A stretch of DNA of 28,000 nucleotides from a virus (lineage: Duplodnaviria; Caudoviricetes): the IMG/VR virus record IMGVR_UViG_3300049042_000281, positions 1 to 28,000 of that record. One strand, given 5' to 3'. Position 1 is the stretch's first letter; every line of letters starts with the position of its first letter. This document shows positions 7,744 to 16,640 of the stretch, piece after piece. The notes below the pieces were generated by a model. The model saw nothing but the letters and a program-made list of their open reading frames with translations, had not been told where the DNA came from and did not search any database. Both the position numbers and the translations under genes were made by a program.

Positions 7744-8074
7744 CGACCACATCACGCTGGACGAGGCGATCGAGACCATCAAGCGGCTCCGCCAGCAGGT
7801 CCGCAAGGCCTGGTACGTCCCGGCCCTCAAGGACACCATCGAGGAGCTGAACCCAGCCGCCATGTTCCTGGACGGCATGGATGACGCCCTGGTCGGATAC
7901 GCGATTCAGTGGGGGTCTCCTGCGCTCCCGGTCTACGACGCCGACCGCATCATCGAGATCCTGTCGAAGGACATGGACTACGAGGAGGCGGTCGAGTACT
8001 TCAGCTTCAACATCGAGTGCGCCTACGTCGGTCCCGGTACTCCGCTGATCCTGCATCGCGCCACGGAGGAATGA
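7685..8074 (+). CDS. Conserved hypothetical phage protein
   Basis: GGAGG SD at 7676-7680. DGMDDALVG...VYDADRIIEIL...EEAVEYFSFNIECAYVGPGTP is a pattern I recognise from widespread uncharacterised phage proteins. Confidence 0.8.
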   Translation: MPVKDIEHRLAEMREFYPSDDHITLDEAIETIKRLRQQVRKAWYVPALKDTIEELNPAAMFLDGMDDALVGYAIQWGSPALPVYDADRIIEILSKDMDYEEAVEYFSFNIECAYVGPGTPLILHRATEE

Positions 8075-10035
8075 TGGAGATCAAGCGGATACCGACGCGC
8101 GACGAAGGGAACCCGAACTATCCGCTGCCTGCAGACTACGACTCGTTGAGCGCAGATGGCCAGCGCCTCGCGCGCGTGAACGCCTGCCGCCAGTGGCTCC
8201 TCACCGAGGATGATCCGACGAAGCGCGGCGACAACCTGGTATCGTCGGTGTGGTGGTTCGACCGCTACTACCTGTGGCCCGACGACGACGCCGACTTCAA
8301 CCCGCTGTTCTACGACGACACGCCGCTCGAGACCCCTGACTTCCACTGGGTCCTGCTGCGGCAGTGGGCTGCGTACCGCATGACCGCAGCCGTCGCGCCC
8401 CGTGGCTCCGCGAAGTCGTACCTCAACTGCAAGGACATGCTGCTCCGGCTGGTGACGAGGCCGGCGTACTCGTTCGTGTACGCGACCAGCTCGCACCCGA
8501 ACGCGCGGGAGGTCGGCGAGCGCATCAAGCGCCAGCTGATCCACAACAAGCGGATCCACGACGACTTCGGCCCTGAGTTCGAGAGCAACCGGATCGTGCC
8601 CCGCCGTGGCGAGGGATCGTTCAGCACCGAGCACATGGTGCTCAACAACGGCTCATGGCTCCGGTTGCTGAGCGCGTCGTCGAAGCAGCGTGGTGGCCGC
8701 CCCCGCCGGTACCGGCTCGACGACCCTGAGTACGATCCGAAGGCGTCGACGCCGATGTCGGTGCTCCGCGCCTACATCGACGAGCTCCTCTTCAAGATCG
8801 TGATCCCGATGGTCACGCGCCCGGACACGGGAGTGGACTGGGTCGGTACGTTCGTGTCGAAGCGCCACTACCTGTGGCATGCGATGCAGCTCCAGGAATC
8901 CCCGGAGGGAATGATCGCCAAGGACCCGCGCTTCAACCGCTGGTCCCGCCTCATCATCCCCGCCGGCATGGAGGAGGACGGCAAGATCGTGTCGTGCTGG
9001 CCGGACATGTGGCCAGCCACCAAGAAAGAGCGGCTCGAGATGGCGGCTACTCGCCCCCGCTTCAAGGAGTCGTTGTCGCTCGAGGAGATCCGCGAGTCGA
9101 TCGGTTCCGCCAACTTCTCCTCCGAGTACATGGCGGCTCCCGGCGACGGCGTCGGCACGTTCTTCGGCGAGATGAACGAAACGCACTCGTGGTGGTTCGA
9201 GGAGATCGACGACTTGATCGACCAGCCTCTGGCCTCGAAGACCGTCATCTGCTGGAACGAGCGCAAGGAGGAGAAGTTCGAGACCAAGAAGATGCCGCTC
9301 TCGGACTTCCTGCGGGACTACAGCCGCATCTTCATGACGGCCGACACTTCGCACACCTCGACCACGGATTCCGACTTCAAGGTCTGCTGCCTGCTCGCCG
9401 TGACCCCTCAGAACGACCTGTTCGTCCTCGATCTCTGGGCCCGCCAAGGCCAGGAGTCCGAGTTGGTGAAGGCGATCTTCGAGATGGCTGATCGCTGGCG
9501 CTGCCCGACCGTGCACCCCGAGGTCATCAAGCAGGGCGTCTCCCTGTTCAACGCCCTGAACTCGATCGTGAGTACCCGCGCGAACGACATGGCCGGCGTC
9601 GCGCACCTGCCCAAGATCGTCAAGCTGAACCCTGGCATGGCGGAGAAGCAGGACAAGATCGCCGGCCTGCAGTTCCGGTTCGAGCACGGCAAGATCAAGC
9701 TGCCCTTGTGGCGCCGTGAACAGCTGCCGTGGCGCCACCTGTTCGACCAGATCGAGTCGTTCAACCCCGAGGCCCAGGACGGCGGCCTGGAGAAGGACGA
9801 CTGCATCGACGCGGTCGCCATGTCCCAGTTCGTCCTTCGGGGCCGCCTGAACAAGATCAGCGGTTCCGTCTCCGCCAAGAGCCTGTTCGAGCGCCTGCGG
9901 GACGGCGACTTCTACGAGAACGGCCACCACGTGGGAGAGGGCTTGAACCTGGATGCCCTGACCGCCGCCCAGATCAACGAGATCCTCGATGCACGAACCC
10001 CATCCCCAATCGCAACCAAAGTCAACAAGATCTGA
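8074..10035 (+). CDS. terL: Terminase large subunit
   Basis: Walker A APRGSAKS, RGGRP and Walker B RYRLDDPE, coupling motif WVGT, nuclease acidic motifs MTADTS and KDDCIDAVA. GGAGG SD; start at 8071 or 8074. Confidence 0.9.
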   Translation: MEIKRIPTRDEGNPNYPLPADYDSLSADGQRLARVNACRQWLLTEDDPTKRGDNLVSSVWWFDRYYLWPDDDADFNPLFYDDTPLETPDFHWVLLRQWAAYRMTAAVAPRGSAKSYLNCKDMLLRLVTRPAYSFVYATSSHPNAREVGERIKRQLIHNKRIHDDFGPEFESNRIVPRRGEGSFSTEHMVLNNGSWLRLLSASSKQRGGRPRRYRLDDPEYDPKASTPMSVLRAYIDELLFKIVIPMVTRPDTGVDWVGTFVSKRHYLWHAMQLQESPEGMIAKDPRFNRWSRLIIPAGMEEDGKIVSCWPDMWPATKKERLEMAATRPRFKESLSLEEIRESIGSANFSSEYMAAPGDGVGTFFGEMNETHSWWFEEIDDLIDQPLASKTVICWNERKEEKFETKKMPLSDFLRDYSRIFMTADTSHTSTTDSDFKVCCLLAVTPQNDLFVLDLWARQGQESELVKAIFEMADRWRCPTVHPEVIKQGVSLFNALNSIVSTRANDMAGVAHLPKIVKLNPGMAEKQDKIAGLQFRFEHGKIKLPLWRREQLPWRHLFDQIESFNPEAQDGGLEKDDCIDAVAMSQFVLRGRLNKISGSVSAKSLFERLRDGDFYENGHHVGEGLNLDALTAAQINEILDARTPSPIATKVNKI

Positions 10036-10492
10036 CACGGTCGTCCCCCTCCCCCTGTTCGAGGCGATGGCCAGGTGGTACTTCGGTGCCTCCGTGGAGA
10101 AGGAACCCCCACTGGATCGCGGGATGGGTCAAACCATCACAATCTCCGATTCTTGGTTAGGGGTGCTCTGCCTGTCTTACTACGGCAACGGCCCCCGTCA
10201 CCCATCGGTCAACTTGAAGCCCCTGGAATCAGTGGGGGTGGACAAGCCCGATCGTGACACCGTGATGCAGTATGTTCCCGTCAAGGAATCCGTCCGCATG
10301 ATCCCCGGTGGGTATGCGGCCAAGAAGGCACAGGCACAACATGGCAACCGACCCAATCAAGCTGACCAAAGACCCGATGATGCTGGCTCGGATAATCGAC
10401 GAGCACTGCGAACGGGAGCAGAATCGCCTGGCGTACCGCCGGGCGACGTGGCTGGTGGCGCTCTACTACATGATGGGGGCCCGTCAGTTTGA
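9989..10492 (+). CDS. Hypothetical protein between terminase and portal
   Basis: Only ORF spanning the 305-bp terL-portal gap. Internal duplicated motif (VVPLPLFEAMARWYFG / ITISDSWLGVLCLSYYG); overlaps both neighbours. Confidence 0.5.
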   Translation: MHEPHPQSQPKSTRSDTVVPLPLFEAMARWYFGASVEKEPPLDRGMGQTITISDSWLGVLCLSYYGNGPRHPSVNLKPLESVGVDKPDRDTVMQYVPVKESVRMIPGGYAAKKAQAQHGNRPNQADQRPDDAGSDNRRALRTGAESPGVPPGDVAGGALLHDGGPSV

Positions 10493-12353
10493 TGTGTTCG
10501 ACCCGGTGAGCGGCACCGTCCGGTACTCCTACCTCGACGACGAGGAGAAGATGGAGTTCCAGTCGAGCGAGCTCATGAGCGCGGTCGACAAGATCTCGGG
10601 ACGGCTGAGCAGCATGGACTTCCGGCCGCTGGTGCAGCGCGTCGGTTCGTCGCTGAGCTCGATCAGGCAGCGGTCGATCGCGCAGATCATGCTGGACCAG
10701 GTTGTCTCGGAGCACCAGCTGCAGCGGATCGTGCCGCAGTTCAACCACGTCTTCGCGCTCCTGGGTTCGTGCGGCATCACCGGGCACATGGTGAACCACC
10801 CCACGGTGGGCATGACCGCCGATCTTGAGGTCGTGCATCCGATGGAGCTGTTCCCGTTCCCGAGCCTGACGCAGGATTACACGAAGCAGCGCGGGTTGCT
10901 GCGGCAGCGCATGGTGTCGCTCGAGTACCTGAAGGACGTGTTCGGGCCGAGGGTGGCCCGCAACAAGGATCGGCTCGAGTATTTCACGATCAAGCCCGGC
11001 GAGACCTTCGAGCAGCAGACCGCCAACGAGTACACGCTCGGCACCAACGTCGAGTATTCGGACAGCAAGGTCGTCGGTTCCGATCCGAAGTACGACGCGC
11101 TCGAGGTCGTCAAGGTGCGCGAGCTCTGGCTCAAGGGACCACGGGACACCGTGACCCGGTACGTGGTGACGAGCGGCGAGTACGTGATCCACGACGAGGA
11201 CCTGGAGGGCCGCGAGGTCTACTGCCCGATCGGGTTCGCCCGGTTCATGGAGAACGGAACCTTCCACGGCGCCGGCGTCTTCGACCTCTTGTTCCCGCTG
11301 TGCCGCGAAGCCGAGAAGCTCCAGAAGCAGCTCTTCAAGAACGTGCACGACATCGACCGGTACGGCGTCCTCGTGCTGCCGCACGGATCGTTCAACGCGA
11401 ACACGATGCTGCGCGACGTCGGCAAGGGACTGCGGGTGTTCCCGTGGGAGCCCGATCCGATCAGCGAGGGCTTCCGTCCGTTCAACATCACGCCGTTCAA
11501 CTCGGGCGACGTGCCCGGCAAGATCAGCGCGTTCGCGGTCCAGCAGATCGACCGTCTCAATCCGATCCGCGACCTTATCGCGGAGAAGGGCCGGGTGGAC
11601 TCGGCCACGGGATTGCAGTTCCTGGACGAGCAGGTCAACCGCGCCATGAACACCCCCACTGCCGGTGTGCAGCAGGCGTGGGGCGACTGCTACAGAAGCG
11701 TCCTCGCGGGCACGGTGCGTGAGGTCGTGTTCAGCCCGAAGACGTTCACGGTCGACCAGCTCACGCTGGATCTGGCCGGCGTCGTGGTTGATCCGGAGAC
11801 GATGGCGGTGAGCTTCGAGCAGAACCCGCTGCCGTCGCTCGGGCAGCTGTCGTTCAAGATCAAGGACATCAACCCGAGGAGCAAGGTCGCCCGCAAGCAG
11901 GAGGCCCTCCAGCTCCAGCAGCAGTTCCAACTGGACCCGGACACCTTCATGCTGTTTGCGCTGAAGGAGGGCCTGGACTTCGCGATGTGGACGGACGAGC
12001 ACCAGGCTGCGTACGAGTCCGTGGTCAGGAACTGCCTGCTGCTGTACGGTGACGGAACGACGCCGGGACAGGTGGTGCTGACGCCGCAGACCACGAAGCC
12101 CGAGATGCAGATCCGGGTGCTCAACTCGTTCATGGCCGGACCAGTGATGGCGGTCGCGACGGCGGAGGTGCAGAACGCCTTCATCGAGTACCACAAGACG
12201 CTGACGAGCTTTATGGGCTTGGTACTTCCGAACGCCCTTCCCAATCCTGACGATATGGCTATGCTGGGGCGGCTGGATCAGCAGATGGCCCAGCTCCAGG
12301 GCATGCAGCAAGGAGCACCTGGACCGCAGATGCCCCAGATGCAAGGGATGTAA
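10341..12353 (+). CDS. Portal protein (podovirus/P22-like, ~670 aa)
   Basis: Position after terL and before scaffold/MCP, size, helical N-terminus, VHPMELFPFP and VKVRELW segments, GRVDSATG-type motif, Q/M-rich C-terminal tail. Confidence 0.8.
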   Translation: MATDPIKLTKDPMMLARIIDEHCEREQNRLAYRRATWLVALYYMMGARQFDVFDPVSGTVRYSYLDDEEKMEFQSSELMSAVDKISGRLSSMDFRPLVQRVGSSLSSIRQRSIAQIMLDQVVSEHQLQRIVPQFNHVFALLGSCGITGHMVNHPTVGMTADLEVVHPMELFPFPSLTQDYTKQRGLLRQRMVSLEYLKDVFGPRVARNKDRLEYFTIKPGETFEQQTANEYTLGTNVEYSDSKVVGSDPKYDALEVVKVRELWLKGPRDTVTRYVVTSGEYVIHDEDLEGREVYCPIGFARFMENGTFHGAGVFDLLFPLCREAEKLQKQLFKNVHDIDRYGVLVLPHGSFNANTMLRDVGKGLRVFPWEPDPISEGFRPFNITPFNSGDVPGKISAFAVQQIDRLNPIRDLIAEKGRVDSATGLQFLDEQVNRAMNTPTAGVQQAWGDCYRSVLAGTVREVVFSPKTFTVDQLTLDLAGVVVDPETMAVSFEQNPLPSLGQLSFKIKDINPRSKVARKQEALQLQQQFQLDPDTFMLFALKEGLDFAMWTDEHQAAYESVVRNCLLLYGDGTTPGQVVLTPQTTKPEMQIRVLNSFMAGPVMAVATAEVQNAFIEYHKTLTSFMGLVLPNALPNPDDMAMLGRLDQQMAQLQGMQQGAPGPQMPQMQGM

Positions 12354-13271
12354 ATGGACCCAACCACCAAGATCACGCTTGAAGACGGAACCGAAGTCAC
12401 GCTGGCGGACCTCATGCAGAACCGCAAGGACCTGCAGGAGGCGATCGGCATCAACGACACCCTGCAGAAGGACCTGCAGGAAGTCGGTGTGCTGTTCCAG
12501 GCCGGCATCACCCAGGACCGCCGGGAGAACGCGATCCGAAACGTGCTCGAGAACCTCGGGTACGAGGACCAGCAGATCACCCAGTACCTGGACGCAACCC
12601 GTCAAGTCGCCAACAGCCCCGATCCCGATCCCCCCGAGGACGAGGTTGAGGAGATCGAGCTTCCCGATCTCCCGGACGAAGAAGATGACATCGAAGATTC
12701 CAGTGGGGGTGAACAAGAGAGAACCATGAGCAACGAACAAGAGCAGCTTCTCCGGCAGGAGCTCGAGGCCCAGCGGGCTGAGCTTCACAAGATGCGGGTC
12801 CGTGAACTTCGGGAAAACCTGAACTCGGAGCTGAACCGCGCCTTGAAAGCGAACCCCGAACTCCAGAAACTCATTGAGAGCGCCCGCAGCACCAGGGGCG
12901 ACGAAGGCGTGAAGCAGGCAGAGCAGACGCTCCGGGCACAGCTCGAGCAGCGCGCTCTCGAGCGCATGCAGGCTCGTCGTCAGAGTGCGGGAACCTTCGA
13001 GGACGCCTGGATGTCCGAGGAGGTAGAGAAGGCAGTCGAGCCCGTGGTGGGCACTTTCCGGTCGGTAATCGGCGACATCGACAAGCTCGGTCGGTCGTCG
13101 GAAACGGTCACTGGACTCGATGTGCAGGAGATTCTGCGCAGCAAGCCACTTCCTGCTCCGGAGTACAAGGCTGGAATGACCCTGACGGACGTTGAAGCGG
13201 ACGTGAAGGCATTCGCCTCGGACACCATCAAGCGGGCGCTGGCATCTTCTCCAGGTGAATCCGTCGTCTAA
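12354..13271 (+). CDS. Capsid scaffolding protein (putative)
   Basis: Lies between portal and MCP. N-terminal ITLEDGTEVTLADL, acidic linker and long coiled coil are typical of scaffolds. Confidence 0.7.
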   Translation: MDPTTKITLEDGTEVTLADLMQNRKDLQEAIGINDTLQKDLQEVGVLFQAGITQDRRENAIRNVLENLGYEDQQITQYLDATRQVANSPDPDPPEDEVEEIELPDLPDEEDDIEDSSGGEQERTMSNEQEQLLRQELEAQRAELHKMRVRELRENLNSELNRALKANPELQKLIESARSTRGDEGVKQAEQTLRAQLEQRALERMQARRQSAGTFEDAWMSEEVEKAVEPVVGTFRSVIGDIDKLGRSSETVTGLDVQEILRSKPLPAPEYKAGMTLTDVEADVKAFASDTIKRALASSPGESVV

Positions 13272-13286
13272 GCAAGGAAACAAATC

Positions 13287-14960
13287 ATGCCATTCGCAAC
13301 AACCGGGTCGATCTTCGACCGTCAGTCAAACCGCATTCAGGAAGTCCTCAACAAGTCTCTCAAGGTGTTCCTCGCCGGCCTCGATCCGGTCTGGCGGGAC
13401 AGCGTCGTCACCAGCCAGGGCATCGGCAACTCCGGCGATCTCGGCCGCGACCTCAAGATCACCAAGCTCTTCATGGGCAGCCTGACCGGCGTCATCGATC
13501 CGGGTCGTCCGTACGGTGAGCAGGATCTCTACGGCGACACGACCACTTCGCTGGGTTCGCTGATGCACACCCAGAACACGAACCAGGCGTACCCGAGCCC
13601 GCGCGAGGGTCCGAACGCCACGGCGTACCGGCTTGCGATCCCGATGAAGTCGCTCGTCACCAACCTGATGATCACCCTCGGTGAGAAGCAGGCTGATGCG
13701 ACCCCGGCTCTCATCGACCAGGTCGTGGCCCCGAAGCTCACGGCGTTCGCCCGCAACATGGCGCACACCCTCTGCAACTACTGGTACCTGAGCCAGAACA
13801 GCTCGTACCGGCTCTGCACCACCTCAAACTGCGAGGTGATCCGGGTCCCGGTCTCTGGAAGCGTGGCGGTCCACTGGAAGATTCGCTTCAACCCGGCGAA
13901 CTTCGAGACCCACCGGTTCACCCGTGGCCAGCGCGTGGACCTCATCGTCCCGGCGACGGGCGTTCGCTCCAACGATTCCACCGGAACCATTGGTTCTCAG
14001 ACCCGCACCAGCCGGCGTCAGCTGATCGTCGAGAACGTGGATCCACTGCAGAACCGCGTCACCCTTGTCACCCCCAACGACGTCTACACCGACTTCTTCG
14101 ACAAGGCTGGTACGCCGGCGGCGGTCGGCACCGGTGCGGTTCCGACCACTTGGACGGCAGAAACCGATTTCGATTCGATGGCGGTCGTGTACGCGAACAC
14201 CACGATCAACGGCAGCAATGCGGGATCGAACACGTTCTCGGGCATCGCCGGCATCAACAGCTGGCTCAAGAACGGCAACGAGACCAACACCGACGGTACC
14301 AAGCTGCTCGGCAATGAGGCGGATTCGACCGACTTCATCGACGTGAACGACCGTCCGGAGTTCAAGAGCTTCAAGTACGACGTGGCCGGTGTGCTCACGG
14401 AGTACAACCTGAAGCGCTACCTCCAGCGCGTCCACTCGGCGTTCGAGCCGCTTGGCCACAACATCGACACGCTCATCGCTTCCGAGGGCGTGTGGACCGC
14501 GTACGAGTCCCAGAAGATCGGCCAGTACCGGATCGACCGCACCAACAAGGTGGCGTCGATCACGAACGAGGGCCAGACCGAAGGCTTCACCTTCAACTTC
14601 GAGGGCCACAACTACAAGGGCTACACCTCGCGTTACGTGGAGGGTGGCACCATGTACGGCATCAAGCTCGGTGGAAAGAACTGGAAGAAGTACGTTCCGC
14701 CGAGCCCGGCTGGCCTCTCGAAGATGAGCCAGGCCGATGCGTACGTTCCGTTCGAGTTCGTCGCGGGCGCCATCACCGGCACCAGCACGAACCAGCTCCC
14801 GATGTTCGCCATCAGCGGCTCTGACAACCTGGTCACGCAGGCCAGCCAGATGCCGGGTCGCATCCGCATGCAGCTCGTCCCCGACCAGGTCAACGGCATG
14901 AAGCTCGTTGGCATCGCCGAGGATCGTCTGTACATGCCGACCTCCGGCAACATCGCCTAA
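13287..14960 (+). CDS. Major capsid protein (557 aa)
   Basis: AAGGA SD, strongly optimised codons, follows the scaffold, followed by a terminator. FSGIAGINSWL and later HK97-like A/P-domain character. Confidence 0.8.
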   Translation: MPFATTGSIFDRQSNRIQEVLNKSLKVFLAGLDPVWRDSVVTSQGIGNSGDLGRDLKITKLFMGSLTGVIDPGRPYGEQDLYGDTTTSLGSLMHTQNTNQAYPSPREGPNATAYRLAIPMKSLVTNLMITLGEKQADATPALIDQVVAPKLTAFARNMAHTLCNYWYLSQNSSYRLCTTSNCEVIRVPVSGSVAVHWKIRFNPANFETHRFTRGQRVDLIVPATGVRSNDSTGTIGSQTRTSRRQLIVENVDPLQNRVTLVTPNDVYTDFFDKAGTPAAVGTGAVPTTWTAETDFDSMAVVYANTTINGSNAGSNTFSGIAGINSWLKNGNETNTDGTKLLGNEADSTDFIDVNDRPEFKSFKYDVAGVLTEYNLKRYLQRVHSAFEPLGHNIDTLIASEGVWTAYESQKIGQYRIDRTNKVASITNEGQTEGFTFNFEGHNYKGYTSRYVEGGTMYGIKLGGKNWKKYVPPSPAGLSKMSQADAYVPFEFVAGAITGTSTNQLPMFAISGSDNLVTQASQMPGRIRMQLVPDQVNGMKLVGIAEDRLYMPTSGNIA

Positions 14961-14981
14961 CCCAACCGGGTACGGTACAAT

Positions 14982-15017
14982 GGGGCCACCTCGTAAATGG
15001 GGTGGCCCCTATTCTTT
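14982..15017 (+). terminator. Intrinsic terminator after the MCP gene
   Basis: GGGGCCACCTC-GTAAAT-GGGGTGGCCCC (11-bp stem with one G-U pair) followed by TATTCTTT. Confidence 0.8.
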
Positions 15018-15027
15018 GGAGTGAACC

Positions 15028-15579
15028 ATGACGATGTCGGAAGACCAGATCTCTGCGTCCCTGCTGTTCGGGACCGAGGTGACGCCGGAGAAGTTCGAGT
15101 TGGTTCCGCCGTGCAACTGGCTCGAGTCCTTGCGGCGGAAGACCGGGTTGCCGAACCTGTTCGTGTACCGGCATCGGAAGACCGGGAAGTTCGGGCTCGG
15201 GCAGTGGACGATCGAGCCCAAGGTGTTCGGGCAGGGCATGGCGGTCGCCACGGAGATCTGCCTGTTCTCGGCGCCGCCAGGTCAGAATCCGAAGGATCTT
15301 CCGGACATGGAGTGGTTGTTGTGGCGCTGCAAGCCGGAGGAGGAGATGATGGATGAGATGAAGCGGAACAAGCTCCGCAAGTACAGCGAGAAGCAGTCGG
15401 CGCTGCTCGACCGTCGGGCGATGCTGGACGACATGGAGAAGGTGCTTCGGACCCGTGGACTGGACGAAGCCGCCGACAAACTGAGTCTTGATGATGTACC
15501 GGACGAGGGGCCGGAGCTGGATCAGATGCGTGAACTGCTGACCTGGGCTGCCTCCGGCAAGATCATCTCAACGAGCTGA
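15028..15579 (+). CDS. Hypothetical protein (183 aa)
   Basis: GGAG SD, typical codon bias, in the structural operon. Confidence 0.8.
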   Translation: MTMSEDQISASLLFGTEVTPEKFELVPPCNWLESLRRKTGLPNLFVYRHRKTGKFGLGQWTIEPKVFGQGMAVATEICLFSAPPGQNPKDLPDMEWLLWRCKPEEEMMDEMKRNKLRKYSEKQSALLDRRAMLDDMEKVLRTRGLDEAADKLSLDDVPDEGPELDQMRELLTWAASGKIISTS

Positions 15580-15581
15580 AT

Positions 15582-16640
15582 ATGCACTCATCAGGATCCA
15601 TCCTCAAGACGTACTGCGAGAAGGTTCGGCATTACCTGGACGATCCGGACCTGGACGCCAAGTACGACGACAACTACCTGGTGCGGTTCTTCCTGCCAAG
15701 CGCGATGACCGACGTGATCTCGCGGGTCTCGCAGATGTCGGACGCCCAGATCCTGTCGTCGTTCCAGATCACCGTCAACCCTGGGACGACGCACTACAAG
15801 TTGCCGCCGGCAGTGGCGCAGGTCGTCAGGATCGGGAGCATCGAAGCGCAGACAGGTCTCTTCATCGAGGACCTGAAGCCCCGCAACCAGTTTCACCTGA
15901 ACGGTCCTGGATGGACGGTGCAGGGAAACGCGATCGTGTTCCAGCCGGCGGTCGAGTACACCAAGACGTACACGGTGGTGTTCGTGCCGAGCGGCGACAT
16001 CCAGTGCCATTACGTGTCGACGGCGACCGGTGCGCTCACAGGCACCGCGCAGTTCATCCTGCCGACCACGCTGACGCTGGGCACCTTGGACAAGCGCCCG
16101 AATGCGTACCAGGGTTCGTATCTGCGGATCTTCGGCGCGAACGTGACCGACGAGATCGTGATCGCGGGTTACGACGCGGACACGCGCGACGTGACGCCTA
16201 GCATCACCCCCGTCAATCCGGCGGGCCCGACGTACTTCTACAGCTACGAGATCGTGCCGTTCCTGCTGGAGCCGATGATCGACGCCATCTCGATCAGTGC
16301 GGCCATGCGCGCGGGCGTGGGCCGCAAGATCAACCAGGCCCACATGCAGTCGTTGATGCTGGCGTACAAGCAGGCGATCAAGACGGCGCATGACACGCTG
16401 GCCAACATGAATGGCCGCGTCGGCAAGAGCTTCTTCAGCCCGACCATCGACAGCACCCCAGGCTTCTACGTCGGGCCCTCCATCGGAACCAGCAGCTCCG
16501 GCGGATCCAGTGGGGGTCTCTGCGACTGTGACGATGTCGCAAGCGCGACCACCCAGTCCCAGATCCTTGCGACGGTGGATCAGATCCTTGCGGCCTTGCA
16601 GGATGGCGTGAGCGGAGGAACCTGGAACAACAACCCATGA
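15582..16640 (+). CDS. Head-tail adaptor-like protein (putative)
   Basis: N-terminal YCEKVRHYLDDP...YDDNYLVRF helix pair, GTTHYKLP motif, and C-terminal helices (LAYKQAIKTA) typical of podoviral adaptors; position after MCP. Confidence 0.65.
   Translation: MHSSGSILKTYCEKVRHYLDDPDLDAKYDDNYLVRFFLPSAMTDVISRVSQMSDAQILSSFQITVNPGTTHYKLPPAVAQVVRIGSIEAQTGLFIEDLKPRNQFHLNGPGWTVQGNAIVFQPAVEYTKTYTVVFVPSGDIQCHYVSTATGALTGTAQFILPTTLTLGTLDKRPNAYQGSYLRIFGANVTDEIVIAGYDADTRDVTPSITPVNPAGPTYFYSYEIVPFLLEPMIDAISISAAMRAGVGRKINQAHMQSLMLAYKQAIKTAHDTLANMNGRVGKSFFSPTIDSTPGFYVGPSIGTSSSGGSSGGLCDCDDVASATTQSQILATVDQILAALQDGVSGGTWNNNP

Noticed and set aside
7909-8070. N-terminal extensions of track ORFs (terL from 7909, 2063 start, portal from 10308)
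   Set aside because: They overlap other real genes; SD-supported or coupled starts lie downstream (8074, 2294, 10341).
10281-13283. 1000-aa minus-strand ORF, and similar long antisense ORFs (8653..10038, 22700..23851, 26619..27797, 809..1972)
   Set aside because: Shadow ORFs opposite strongly GC3-biased real genes; no motifs, no SD, and composition typical of antisense frames.
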